Shown piece by piece: positions 6,428-14,002 of a DNA stretch of 24,000 nt (positions within the stretch are counted from its first letter, which is position 1; each line of letters opens with the position of its first letter). Where the stretch lies: contig NZ_WJXZ01000001.1 of the NCBI RefSeq assembly GCF_009668025.1, positions 663,004 to 687,003 of the forward strand. Direction: 5' to 3'. This DNA comes from Larkinella terrae (GTDB lineage Bacteria; Bacteroidota; Bacteroidia; Cytophagales; Spirosomataceae). The position numbers were made by a program, and so were the translations under genes. The notes below the pieces were generated by a model. It was not told the origin of the DNA. It saw nothing but the letters and a program-made list of their open reading frames with translations, and made no database searches.

Positions 6428-8206
6428 TCATAGGTTATTTAGTAAATTAAGATGCCTGCGATGCGCCCGTATGATCTGATGTCCTTCCTGCCAGGTCATC
6501 AGTCGCTGTCGGCCACTTTGTCTATTGCTCATGCTAATCTGAGCGGCAAGCTGCCAGTGTCGGACGATTTCTTTCCAGGCGAAAAAAAGCGAATGCCCCG
6601 GATCATACATATGCGTGGGCTCACTGCCGGTGCCGTTTAATTCGATGATGGTGAAATTCTTACCGGCTTCCAGTTCCTCCCAGCTTTTAAAACGAATGTC
6701 CAGTCGGCCGAAAAAAAAGCCCGGGATTTGCCGACAAATGTGATCGATGGTTGCCGTTAATTCCGGCGTACTGCGGTTTGTCAGATCGGTGAATTTGGCA
6801 CCCCGGCTGTGATTGCCATACGGAACAAGAGTAAGGGTTTCACCCGCCCTCGGTATGCTCTGTAACTGGTTGCCGTAGGCCCTGACTAATGCCGGAAGTT
6901 GCAACACGGCGCGTTGATTTTCCAGTAAGAGCGTTAGCAACGTGCTTTGGCCATCACCCGTCACCCGTAAAAATTCTTTTCCGACAATCCCCGAAATGTG
7001 CCCGGTACCTGCATCCGGAAAGCGGTAATAGAAGATGCCAACTTCATTTTCGTAGTCAATGTATGACTGCAAAAGAAAATCCACTTGGCTGGCAAGGCGA
7101 TAGGTTTCCAGCTCTTGGGGAGTTCTCAGGAGTTTTACCTGCCTGCCGCGTTCCCCGATATCCGGTTTGGCGATCAGCGGAAAGTCCATCGATTGCTCCG
7201 CAAGCAGCTTACCAATGGAACTGGAAGCCAAACCCGCCGGGCAAAGCACCGTTTTCGGATACGAACCCGGCGGGAGCAACGGATAGATATCGCTTTTACG
7301 CTCATGAATAAAGCCCGAATAGGCGATGCCGGGATTGGCCGCACTGAAAAACAGCAGCGACCGGGCCCGCAAACTCAGCCAAAGCCACAGCGGCACGAGC
7401 GGCAGGTACAGGCACTCAATCGGCCAGTATTCCCAATCGCGCAGGCGGATAAAAAACCTTCGGGCTCGCCAGTAAAAGCGGCTAAAATCGGGTACGGCCG
7501 GGTTTATTGGTTCGGACACCCGGGGCGTTACGTCGGAACCCAGGTCGTGGTAGTGAATAGTGGCCCGACCGTGGGTAGGTAGCTCCAGGGACGTTATACT
7601 CACTGTGCTTATGTTGGGATGACTGCGGGCCGGGCTGGTTTCATACCTAAGTTCGGGAGAAAGGTGGAAGGTCAGCACAACCGATGACGTTAGCCGAGGT
7701 CTCCGCGACAGCCAGTTTTCCAGGAGCGTTTCGCGTTCCTTTTGGACAGAAGCTTTATAAAGTGTCGACGACGACCAGATATGTGCCCGGTCCAGGTCCA
7801 GCTGGCGGATGTGTTTTCGATTCCCATCCCAGGTGCAGTGCAGCAGGTTTCCACAAGCCAGCAGGATAAGGGTAAATGGTTCGATGCCTTCCAGATCGAT
7901 CGTGCGAAAAGAAGCTAAAGGCTCTTCCGACCCGGTAATGTCAAGCATAATCTGCCCCCGGCTTTTGCGGTACTGCGGTTTGCGAACATGGTTTTGAGAA
8001 CCCCCATTCAGCAAAACCGCAGCGGAATGTCTATCCCGGAGGACGATCCAGGTGCCGCCCGCCAGGGAATCTTTGGGATAAAGAAGGTTCCGATTCCCTG
8101 TCTGGTGCGCAGCGGGAGGCAATGCCTTTGGACGGTCCTTGTGCTCGTCGCGGCTGGAGGTGATCAGCACACCGTTGCCGGTGGGAATATAAGTTACGGT
8201 GCACAT
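6428..8206 (-). CDS. Fusion protein: N-terminal NRDE/TANGO2-family domain, hydrophobic segment, C-terminal ATP-grasp ligase-like domain
   Basis: 592 aa. Residues 1 to about 225 start MCTVTY...SSRDE...GGTW, which are the NRDE/TANGO2 hallmarks: Cys2, an (N/S)RDE motif and GGTW. Residues about 260-290 are hydrophobic (WPIECLYLPLVPLWLWLSLRARSLLFF). Residues about 300-560 look ATP-grasp-like (FPLIAKPDIGERGRQVKLL, EVGIFYYRF, FGRLDIRF...IIELNGTGSEP). The start overlaps the DinB-like stop by 13 nt. Confidence 0.8.
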   Translation of the reverse strand: MCTVTYIPTGNGVLITSSRDEHKDRPKALPPAAHQTGNRNLLYPKDSLAGGTWIVLRDRHSAAVLLNGGSQNHVRKPQYRKSRGQIMLDITGSEEPLASFRTIDLEGIEPFTLILLACGNLLHCTWDGNRKHIRQLDLDRAHIWSSSTLYKASVQKERETLLENWLSRRPRLTSSVVLTFHLSPELRYETSPARSHPNISTVSITSLELPTHGRATIHYHDLGSDVTPRVSEPINPAVPDFSRFYWRARRFFIRLRDWEYWPIECLYLPLVPLWLWLSLRARSLLFFSAANPGIAYSGFIHERKSDIYPLLPPGSYPKTVLCPAGLASSSIGKLLAEQSMDFPLIAKPDIGERGRQVKLLRTPQELETYRLASQVDFLLQSYIDYENEVGIFYYRFPDAGTGHISGIVGKEFLRVTGDGQSTLLTLLLENQRAVLQLPALVRAYGNQLQSIPRAGETLTLVPYGNHSRGAKFTDLTNRSTPELTATIDHICRQIPGFFFGRLDIRFKSWEELEAGKNFTIIELNGTGSEPTHMYDPGHSLFFAWKEIVRHWQLAAQISMSNRQSGRQRLMTWQEGHQIIRAHRRHLNLLNNL

Positions 8207-8700
8207 TGGGCCTGGCGGTATTGGATGGTAGAACCGGCAATGCCAAAATGATCCGGCAGCCGAATATCCGTCAGTACCTGAATTCCGATTTTGAGAAGCG
8301 CCATGTGATGCACCGCATGTTCAAGATTGTACAGCAATTCCCTCTCGTAGTTGGTCTTGATCAGATGAGTGATATCCGACGACCGTATTTTATAGGTCAG
8401 TTGCAGCACCTTGTTTTCCGGTTGAAGCCCGGTCACAATTTGCTGCAGTCGCAAAACGGCGTAGTCACGCCCGGTTTCCAGCTCTTTCTCGCGTTTTCGG
8501 GCATCATAATCCACCAACCCCGTTTGGTATCCCACCTCCAGCTCCTGATAGAATTCAACAACGTGCCGCACGTGTTCGCCGAGCGAAACACCTGACAACA
8601 CCGCCAATCGGGCCGTATAGTGGGTCTCTTTCAGCACGGAAAGCACATCGGCAATCTGTTCGAGCACGGCGGTTACCGATTCGATGATCTGTCTGTTCAT
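8194..8700 (-). CDS. DinB-superfamily (DinB_2-like) four-helix-bundle protein
   Basis: 168 aa. His-containing motifs LGEHVRHVVEFY near the N-terminus and NLEHAVHHMALL near the C-terminus match the DinB metal-binding His arrangement. The CDS call is firm; the family call is moderate. Confidence 0.6.
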   Translation of the reverse strand: MNRQIIESVTAVLEQIADVLSVLKETHYTARLAVLSGVSLGEHVRHVVEFYQELEVGYQTGLVDYDARKREKELETGRDYAVLRLQQIVTGLQPENKVLQLTYKIRSSDITHLIKTNYERELLYNLEHAVHHMALLKIGIQVLTDIRLPDHFGIAGSTIQYRQAQCAP

Positions 8701-8726
8701 GGTAGACGTATTGGGGCGGTTAGTAA

Positions 8727-8752
8727 AAACCGTGCCTCGAACGGCACGGTTT
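8727..8752 (-). terminator. Terminator/attenuator-like hairpin between DoxX and the DinB-like gene
   Basis: aaaccgtgcc-tcgaac-ggcacggttt gives a 10-bp perfect stem. On the - strand it reads GGCACGGTTTTTAC, a 5-T run. It sits in the 57-nt gap between the DoxX stop (8758) and the DinB-like ATG (8700). Confidence 0.5.
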
Positions 8753-8757
8753 GATTT

Positions 8758-9156
8758 TCATGGTTTTTGCGTATGGAGGCCTGAGAGAATATCCCGTTGC
8801 TGATAGGCGAGGGTCAGACAACTGCCCAGCACCAGCAACGCGTAGATGAACAATTGACCCGAATCATCCTGTACCACGATACCCAGCCGGAAAATGTGCA
8901 TGAATACCGCCCCGGTCATGACACCGATACCAATTAATGCACCGTAAGCGGTCGTTCGGGGAAAGAGGATGAGCACGGAAGCAATCAGCTCGAAAATACC
9001 GACCAGAATGCGGCCCCACGGCTCCATCCCCACTTTTGAAAAAATGTAAACAGATTCCGGGGCAGCGGTAAACTTGAAATACAGCGTTTGCAGCATGATA
9101 CCGGCAGCTACCACCCGGAGTAGCCAGAGCCAGGTATCGTTTGGCTTGGTCGTCAT
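8758..9156 (-). CDS. DoxX-family integral membrane protein
   Basis: 132 aa with about four hydrophobic helices: LLRVVAAGIMLQTLYFKF, ILVGIFELIASVLILFP, GALIGIGVMTGAVFMHIF and LFIYALLVLGSCLTLAY. Its ATG overlaps the upstream YHS gene stop (ATGA, 9153..9156). Confidence 0.75.
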   Translation of the reverse strand: MTTKPNDTWLWLLRVVAAGIMLQTLYFKFTAAPESVYIFSKVGMEPWGRILVGIFELIASVLILFPRTTAYGALIGIGVMTGAVFMHIFRLGIVVQDDSGQLFIYALLVLGSCLTLAYQQRDILSGLHTQKP

Positions 9157-9596
9157 TTTTCCTTATCCTTAATCAATGGCCACTGTTCGTCCGCTTTTTT
9201 AATCAGCTCTTCCCGATTCTTCGACCAGTTGTTCTGCACTTTTTTATTGTAGTTGAAATAGAGCTTGTCATCGACGATCGTCCAGGTGTCGGTGTCGGTG
9301 GGCGCTTTATGCCCCTGGGAAGTGCCATAAGCGCAGTAGCCGCCGTATTGTGGTACGTATTTGTCTGGGTTAGCCTTAAATGCTTCCAGGTTCGCGCGGC
9401 TGGCAAAGAGCCAGTCAGAACCTTTGTAGGCATACGTGAGGCTGTCGGCACCGTCCACGGGCTTCGCTTCTTTAAAAAACGCCACCACGTCGTATCCCTT
9501 AATGGCCTTGCCATCGGGAGCAAATATTTCGGATTGCTGGGCGCGCGCGGTCAATGTAGCGAGGGTCATTGCCAACGCAAAAAGGAATTGGTTCAT
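9153..9596 (-). CDS. Secreted YHS domain-containing (seleno)protein family member, Cys form (paralog 1)
   Basis: 147 aa with a signal peptide MNQFLFALAMTLATLTARAQQ. It has AIKGYDVVAFF, YKGSDWLFASRANLEAFKANPDKYVPQYGGYCAYG and DDKLYFNYNK. It is collinear with the adjacent paralog. Confidence 0.8.
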   Translation of the reverse strand: MNQFLFALAMTLATLTARAQQSEIFAPDGKAIKGYDVVAFFKEAKPVDGADSLTYAYKGSDWLFASRANLEAFKANPDKYVPQYGGYCAYGTSQGHKAPTDTDTWTIVDDKLYFNYNKKVQNNWSKNREELIKKADEQWPLIKDKEK

Positions 9597-9609
9597 AAAA
9601 ATGGGGAGA

Positions 9610-10077
9610 TTAGGGGATGAATTTGGTCCAGTTCTTATCCGCCTGGGCTTTCAAACGGGCTTCATCCTGGTTCCAGGTGTTGAGGGTATTTTTGAAATAT
9701 TTGTTGTAAAAAAGGTAGAGCTTGCCATCCAGCACCTTGAACGTCTCCGGGTCGACTTCCACTTTTTCTCCTTTCTTACCCATCGCATAAGCACACCAGC
9801 CGCCAAATTGTGGTTCATAGCGCATGGGATTCCGGGTAAATTCGTCGCGGTTTGCCCGTGACGAGAACTGATAGGTTACCCCGTTGTAGGAGGTCACTAA
9901 ATCCTTTTTTCCTTCTACGGCCTGATGCATGGTAAAATAGGCCACCGGGTCGTAGCCCTGGATCGCCAGACCGGAGCTTTCGAGGTTATACTGTTTTTTG
10001 CGTATTTCCGTCGTCTGGGCAAAGCTGGTGCCTGCCGACAGGATAATGCAATAGAGGATTGCGATCTGTTTTTTCAT
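9610..10077 (-). CDS. Secreted YHS domain-containing (seleno)protein family member, Cys form (paralog 2)
   Basis: 155 aa with a signal peptide MKKQIAILYCIILSAGTSFAQT. It has AIQGYDPVAYFT, YNGVTYQFSSRANRDEFTRNPMRYEPQFGGWCAYAMG and DGKLYLFYNKYF. It lies 13 nt upstream of paralog 1. Confidence 0.8.
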   Translation of the reverse strand: MKKQIAILYCIILSAGTSFAQTTEIRKKQYNLESSGLAIQGYDPVAYFTMHQAVEGKKDLVTSYNGVTYQFSSRANRDEFTRNPMRYEPQFGGWCAYAMGKKGEKVEVDPETFKVLDGKLYLFYNKYFKNTLNTWNQDEARLKAQADKNWTKFIP

Positions 10078-10129
10078 TAAATGGGTAGTTTAAACAATGG
10101 CCCGCAGACGGACGCTGCCAAGTTGCCGG

Positions 10130-11416
10130 TTATTGTAAGGTGACTTTAATGATACTGCCGATGGCCGGTAGCGTCGTGAATGGGTTGGGATTAGGCACCG
10201 GCGCGATGGCTTTGCTTTCGGTGAGTGGTGTTCCGGCCAAGTTGAATTGCGTGATCCCGGCCCCCGGGAACTGGTCAAGCGCAGTGCCGTTGTCGTATAA
10301 GGCGATGGATCCCGAAACATCGCCGGTGGCGGTGCCATCGAGGTCGTTACCGCTGGTGGCGAAAAACCAGTCGTTCGAAAAACCGTACATGGTCGCGATT
10401 GCAATGCGGTCTCCCGGTGCAAGCATCAGCGGCTGCGTAACTTTACCACCCATATTGCCGCCGATCTTTGGCAGGAGGACAGTGCTGGTCGGTTCTTTCA
10501 ATACGTATACATTCTTAATGCCCGGTTTATTCTTCAATGCAGCCGCCAGTATATCAGCATTGCCTTTCTGGGCGAGGTCTTTCAAGCCTTCTCCCCGGTC
10601 GTTTTCGCCGGGTTTGTAAAATGGATTTTCAGCGCCGTTATAAACTACCACCAGCACCGGAGACAGCGGGGTGAAAATGCCCGTCTGGGCGGTAAGCAAG
10701 GCGCTCAACGGTCCATTATCCCCGGCTTCGGCAATACGGGTTAACGCTTCGGTGGTCGCTTTTCCATTGGAATAAACCGGTTCGGGCAAGAGCAGATTTC
10801 CGCCAGCTACGTATGAAATAGCCCACACGCCGGGGCTGAATGGCGTTTCATTCGCCGTACCGCCCGATTGGTTTTTGAGGGTTATCGTAAACATCGAATT
10901 ACCGTCATAGACGAGCGATACGCCCATCAATTGGGAAGCGGGTAAGAATGTATGCCCGTAGTCGTCGGTTCCTTTCACTTCTTTGATGCTCTTCGGGGTA
11001 GCTTCGGCGGTGCCCGGATGCACGAGCGCCATGCCGGGTGTGGCGTTTACCCGCGTGCCATTATCCCAAAGTTTGATCTGGGCCGAAACATCACCGGTCA
11101 GGGGTGTTCCGTCGTCGCCGTACAATTTGATGCCCGGATTTTCGGGAGCAAAAAACAAGTCATTGCTCCATCCGTACATCGTAGCGAAGGTAAGGCGCTG
11201 GTTTTTTGCGGCCGAGAAAGAGAAGGATACAGACTGCCCCGGAAGGATTACGGGTGGCATTCCGGGCCCCTTGAAGGTGCCCGATTCTACCAGCGGTTTA
11301 CTGTCGAGCACATTCTCGATGGTAATGCTTTTAGCCATCGTTTGCGGTTGATGGTCATTGATGCAGGAGCTTACTAGTAGGGCTGTAAGGGAAAGCCCGA
11401 GCAGTGATTTAATCAT
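10130..11416 (-). CDS. Lipoprotein with duplicated spondin_N-like domains
   Basis: 428 aa with a lipobox LTALLVSSC. An internal duplication is visible: FATMYGWSNDLFFAPE...GDVSAQIKLWDNGT versus IATMYGFSNDWFFATS...GDVSGSIALYDNGT. The central segment TPFSPGVWAISY...ALTRIAEAGDNGPLSALL resembles the bacterial spondin_N pattern. Confidence 0.7.
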   Translation of the reverse strand: MIKSLLGLSLTALLVSSCINDHQPQTMAKSITIENVLDSKPLVESGTFKGPGMPPVILPGQSVSFSFSAAKNQRLTFATMYGWSNDLFFAPENPGIKLYGDDGTPLTGDVSAQIKLWDNGTRVNATPGMALVHPGTAEATPKSIKEVKGTDDYGHTFLPASQLMGVSLVYDGNSMFTITLKNQSGGTANETPFSPGVWAISYVAGGNLLLPEPVYSNGKATTEALTRIAEAGDNGPLSALLTAQTGIFTPLSPVLVVVYNGAENPFYKPGENDRGEGLKDLAQKGNADILAAALKNKPGIKNVYVLKEPTSTVLLPKIGGNMGGKVTQPLMLAPGDRIAIATMYGFSNDWFFATSGNDLDGTATGDVSGSIALYDNGTALDQFPGAGITQFNLAGTPLTESKAIAPVPNPNPFTTLPAIGSIIKVTLQ

Positions 11417-11491
11417 CTGTGGTGATGTTTAGCCTATTTGATGGATGCAAAGCAAAAAACACGATATCCCACAGCCGTTACGGAATTATAA

Positions 11492-11499
11492 CAAAAGTA
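11492..11499 (-). promoter_or_regulatory. Candidate Bacteroidetes-type -7 promoter box (TAnnTTTG) for the spondin/YHS/DoxX operon
   Basis: The - strand reads TACTTTTG, about 75 nt upstream of the ATG at 11416. I found no convincing -33 TTTG at the expected spacing. Confidence 0.25.
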
Positions 11500-11555
11500 T
11501 CACGGTGGCACTCCGAGCGGTTTTATTTATAAACTTTGCAGAAAATCAGTGGGTA

Positions 11556-12260
11556 ATGGATATAAAAAACGTATTGATCATTGAAGATGACAACCCGATC
11601 ACCGAACTGCTGACCCTCCATCTTGCGGATCTCGGCTGCAAGGTTGTCAGCGAAAAAAACGGACTGACCGGTCTGTCACGTACGATGGAATCGGCATTTG
11701 ACCTGGTGATCCTGGACGTGATGCTTCCGGGGCTGAACGGTATGGAAGTGTGCCGGAAGATCCGGCAAAACGACCGCCAAACACCCATCCTCATGCTAAC
11801 GGCGAGGTCGGAGGAGATCGACAAAGTAATGGGTCTGGAAACCGGCGCTGACGATTATCTGACCAAGCCGTTCAGCGTCCGCGAATTCATCGCCCGCGTG
11901 CGTGTTATTTTCCGCCGGAGTGAAGAAAAAGCCCGGTACAGTACCCCGCTGGCCCCCCAGATCAGCATCGCCGGGCTGGAAATCGACGTTGACAAACGAA
12001 AAGTCCTGCTTAACGGCGAGCGCATCGAGCTTTCCCCCCGCGAATTCGACCTGATCGTCCTGCTGGCATCCAATCCGGGCCGAAGTTACAGCCGCAAACA
12101 ACTGCTGAGCCTGGTATGGGGGTATGATTTTGAGGGCTATGAGCATACGGTCAATACGCATATTAACCGGCTGCGAGGAAAAATTGAGGCCGACGCGGCC
12201 AACCCGTCATTTGTATTAACCACCTGGGGCATCGGCTACCGGTTTAACGAAGATCTTTAA
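11556..12260 (+). CDS. OmpR/PhoB-family response regulator
   Basis: The receiver domain starts MDIKNVLIIEDD, with DLVILDVMLPG and LTKPF. The C-terminus is a winged-helix (LSPREFDLIVLLASNPGRSYSRKQLL...WGIGYRF). I prefer the ATG at 11556 over the track start 11445, which adds 37 non-homologous residues. Confidence 0.9.
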   Translation: MDIKNVLIIEDDNPITELLTLHLADLGCKVVSEKNGLTGLSRTMESAFDLVILDVMLPGLNGMEVCRKIRQNDRQTPILMLTARSEEIDKVMGLETGADDYLTKPFSVREFIARVRVIFRRSEEKARYSTPLAPQISIAGLEIDVDKRKVLLNGERIELSPREFDLIVLLASNPGRSYSRKQLLSLVWGYDFEGYEHTVNTHINRLRGKIEADAANPSFVLTTWGIGYRFNEDL

Positions 12261-13730
12261 ATGTCTGTAAAAACCATCCGGGGAAATCTGCTTTTCTGGA
12301 AAATCAGCGCCGTTTTTGCAAGTCTCTTGCTGGTGCTGGCCCTGGTATTCGTCCTGATCGGCTCGCGGTTTTCCAAATCGTACTATATGACCGCCCACCA
12401 GCAGTTATATGGCGATATTGCCGGTCACCTGGCCACCATCACCCAACCCATTAAGAATGGCCGCCCCGATACCACCGTCACGCACGACATTATCCATTCG
12501 ACCATGGTGGCCAATCCAAGCGTTGAGGTATATCTGCTCGACACACTTGGCAATATCACCGATTACGTCGTACCTCAGGCCACGGTGCAAATGGCGAAGG
12601 TCGATATGGGCAAAGTTAGGGAGTGGCTTGCTTCGGATATCGGCAAGCGGCCGCTCGGCGATAATCCCAAGCGTCCGGGTGAGGAAAGTATTTTTTCCGT
12701 AGCGCCCGTGGTTGAGAATGGCAAAGTCGCGGGCTACGTATACGCGGTATTGGCCAGCGAGAAACAGAAAGAAATTCTTGGTGCGCTCAATGAAGACCTG
12801 AATTTCCGGCTGGCACTCTATATATTTTTTGCAGCCTTACTGGGCGCGTTCGTCGTAGGAGTCGTTACATTCTTCCTCATTACCGACAGTCTGTGCAGCA
12901 TTGCCGGCGTATTCAAGAAGTTTCAGGACGGTGATTATGGCGCGCGCATCAGTGGATTTGCCAAAGGTAATCTTGGGGTCCTCACCGCCACATTCAACGA
13001 AATGGCCGATGTGATCGTCGACAATATTGAAAAGGTCACCGTTACCGATCGCCTTCGCCAGGAGCTGATTGCCAACGTTTCTCACGACCTACGGACGCCC
13101 CTTTCGATCATGCAGGGTTATACGGAAACCCTGCTGATCAAAGGCGACACGTTATCCCGGGCGGAAGCAGATCGGTACCTCACGATTGTCCACGAAGGCA
13201 CAATAAAGCTTTCGGGGTTGGTCGACCAACTCTTCCAGTATGCAAAACTTGAAGCAAATGTCGTGACACCTCAAAAAGAGTTTTTCCCACTCAGCGAGCT
13301 GGTTTCCGATATTGCGAGTGCCTATCAACTGAAAGCCCAGGAACGGAAAATAGCGTTGACACTAGCCATTCCCGGCGGTCTCCCCGCCGTGCTCGCCGAC
13401 ATCGGACTAACCGAAAGGATTTTCCAGAACCTGCTCGACAATGCATTTAAATTCACGCCGGAAGGCGGGCAGATTTCGATTACTTTGACACCCACTGGTG
13501 AAGGCGTGTCAGTCCGGGTGGCCGACTCTGGGGTGGGGATTGCCAGGGAATTCCAGGAGCAAATTTTTGAGCGCTATAAGCAGGCCGATCTGCTTGGATC
13601 GAAGGAGAAAGGCACAGGGTTAGGGCTTGCGATAGTCCGTAAAATCCTGGAACTGCACCAAAGCTCCATTCGGGTTTTCAGTGAAAAAGGCACCGGTGCC
13701 GTCTTTGAGTTCGAGCTATGGGCGGTTTAA
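12261..13730 (+). CDS. Sensor histidine kinase (two TM segments, periplasmic domain, HAMP, HisKA, HATPase_c)
   Basis: Its ATG directly abuts the response regulator stop (TAAATG). TM1 is ISAVFASLLLVLALVFVLIG and TM2 is LALYIFFAALLGAFVVGVVTFFLI. The H-box is SHDLRTPL and the G-box is GTGLGLAIV. Confidence 0.9.
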   Translation: MSVKTIRGNLLFWKISAVFASLLLVLALVFVLIGSRFSKSYYMTAHQQLYGDIAGHLATITQPIKNGRPDTTVTHDIIHSTMVANPSVEVYLLDTLGNITDYVVPQATVQMAKVDMGKVREWLASDIGKRPLGDNPKRPGEESIFSVAPVVENGKVAGYVYAVLASEKQKEILGALNEDLNFRLALYIFFAALLGAFVVGVVTFFLITDSLCSIAGVFKKFQDGDYGARISGFAKGNLGVLTATFNEMADVIVDNIEKVTVTDRLRQELIANVSHDLRTPLSIMQGYTETLLIKGDTLSRAEADRYLTIVHEGTIKLSGLVDQLFQYAKLEANVVTPQKEFFPLSELVSDIASAYQLKAQERKIALTLAIPGGLPAVLADIGLTERIFQNLLDNAFKFTPEGGQISITLTPTGEGVSVRVADSGVGIAREFQEQIFERYKQADLLGSKEKGTGLGLAIVRKILELHQSSIRVFSEKGTGAVFEFELWAV

Positions 13731-14002
13731 ATTACTGATGATTACTCTTTTAGCTTGACTAGAGAGGTAGCTGGCCCGGCTACGGGTAATAACAGACAAA
13801 CCCTGTATGACCAGGGGAAATGAACTGAAATAGTCATTCACGGATGAGGTCGAATTATTTCAAAAAACTACTTTGGAACTGACATTTTGAACCAAACAGG
13901 CAGGTTATATACCTAGAGATAAGGGCGGGTTCAGAAAGGAATTATAGCCCTTCCGAGCGTAACCGGTATCGGATAGTGGTGATACACTAAGGCAATACCG
14001 GA

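Noticed and set aside
6889-7582. Long + strand ORFs (6889..7311, 7085..7582; also 7684..7869, 7809..7997, 7988..8251) inside the NRDE/ATP-grasp gene
   Set aside because: They are antisense to a 592-aa ORF with clear domain signatures. Their translations are Arg/Pro/Gly-rich low-complexity sequence, as expected of shadow ORFs in a GC-richer coding region.
9153-10077. Possible in-frame TGA selenocysteine codons or SECIS elements in the YHS (seleno)protein-family genes
   Set aside because: Both ORFs are uninterrupted. The family's redox position is encoded by TGC and TGT, so these are Cys forms and no recoding is needed.
9141-11377. ORFs antisense to or out of frame with the YHS and spondin genes (9141..9620 +, 9203..9523 -, 9436..9861 +, 10090..10422 -, 10140..10619 +, 10952..11377 +, 10983..11351 +)
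   Set aside because: Each is fully contained in a longer ORF that has a signal peptide and family motifs. None has a recognisable motif or sensible start context.
11445-11555. Upstream extension of the response-regulator ORF (and similar non-ATG starts: GTG at 16321, TTG at 19181 and 22590)
   Set aside because: The extensions add residues before the canonical domain start (MDIKNVLIIEDD and so on) and occupy the promoter region. In-frame ATGs give standard domain boundaries.
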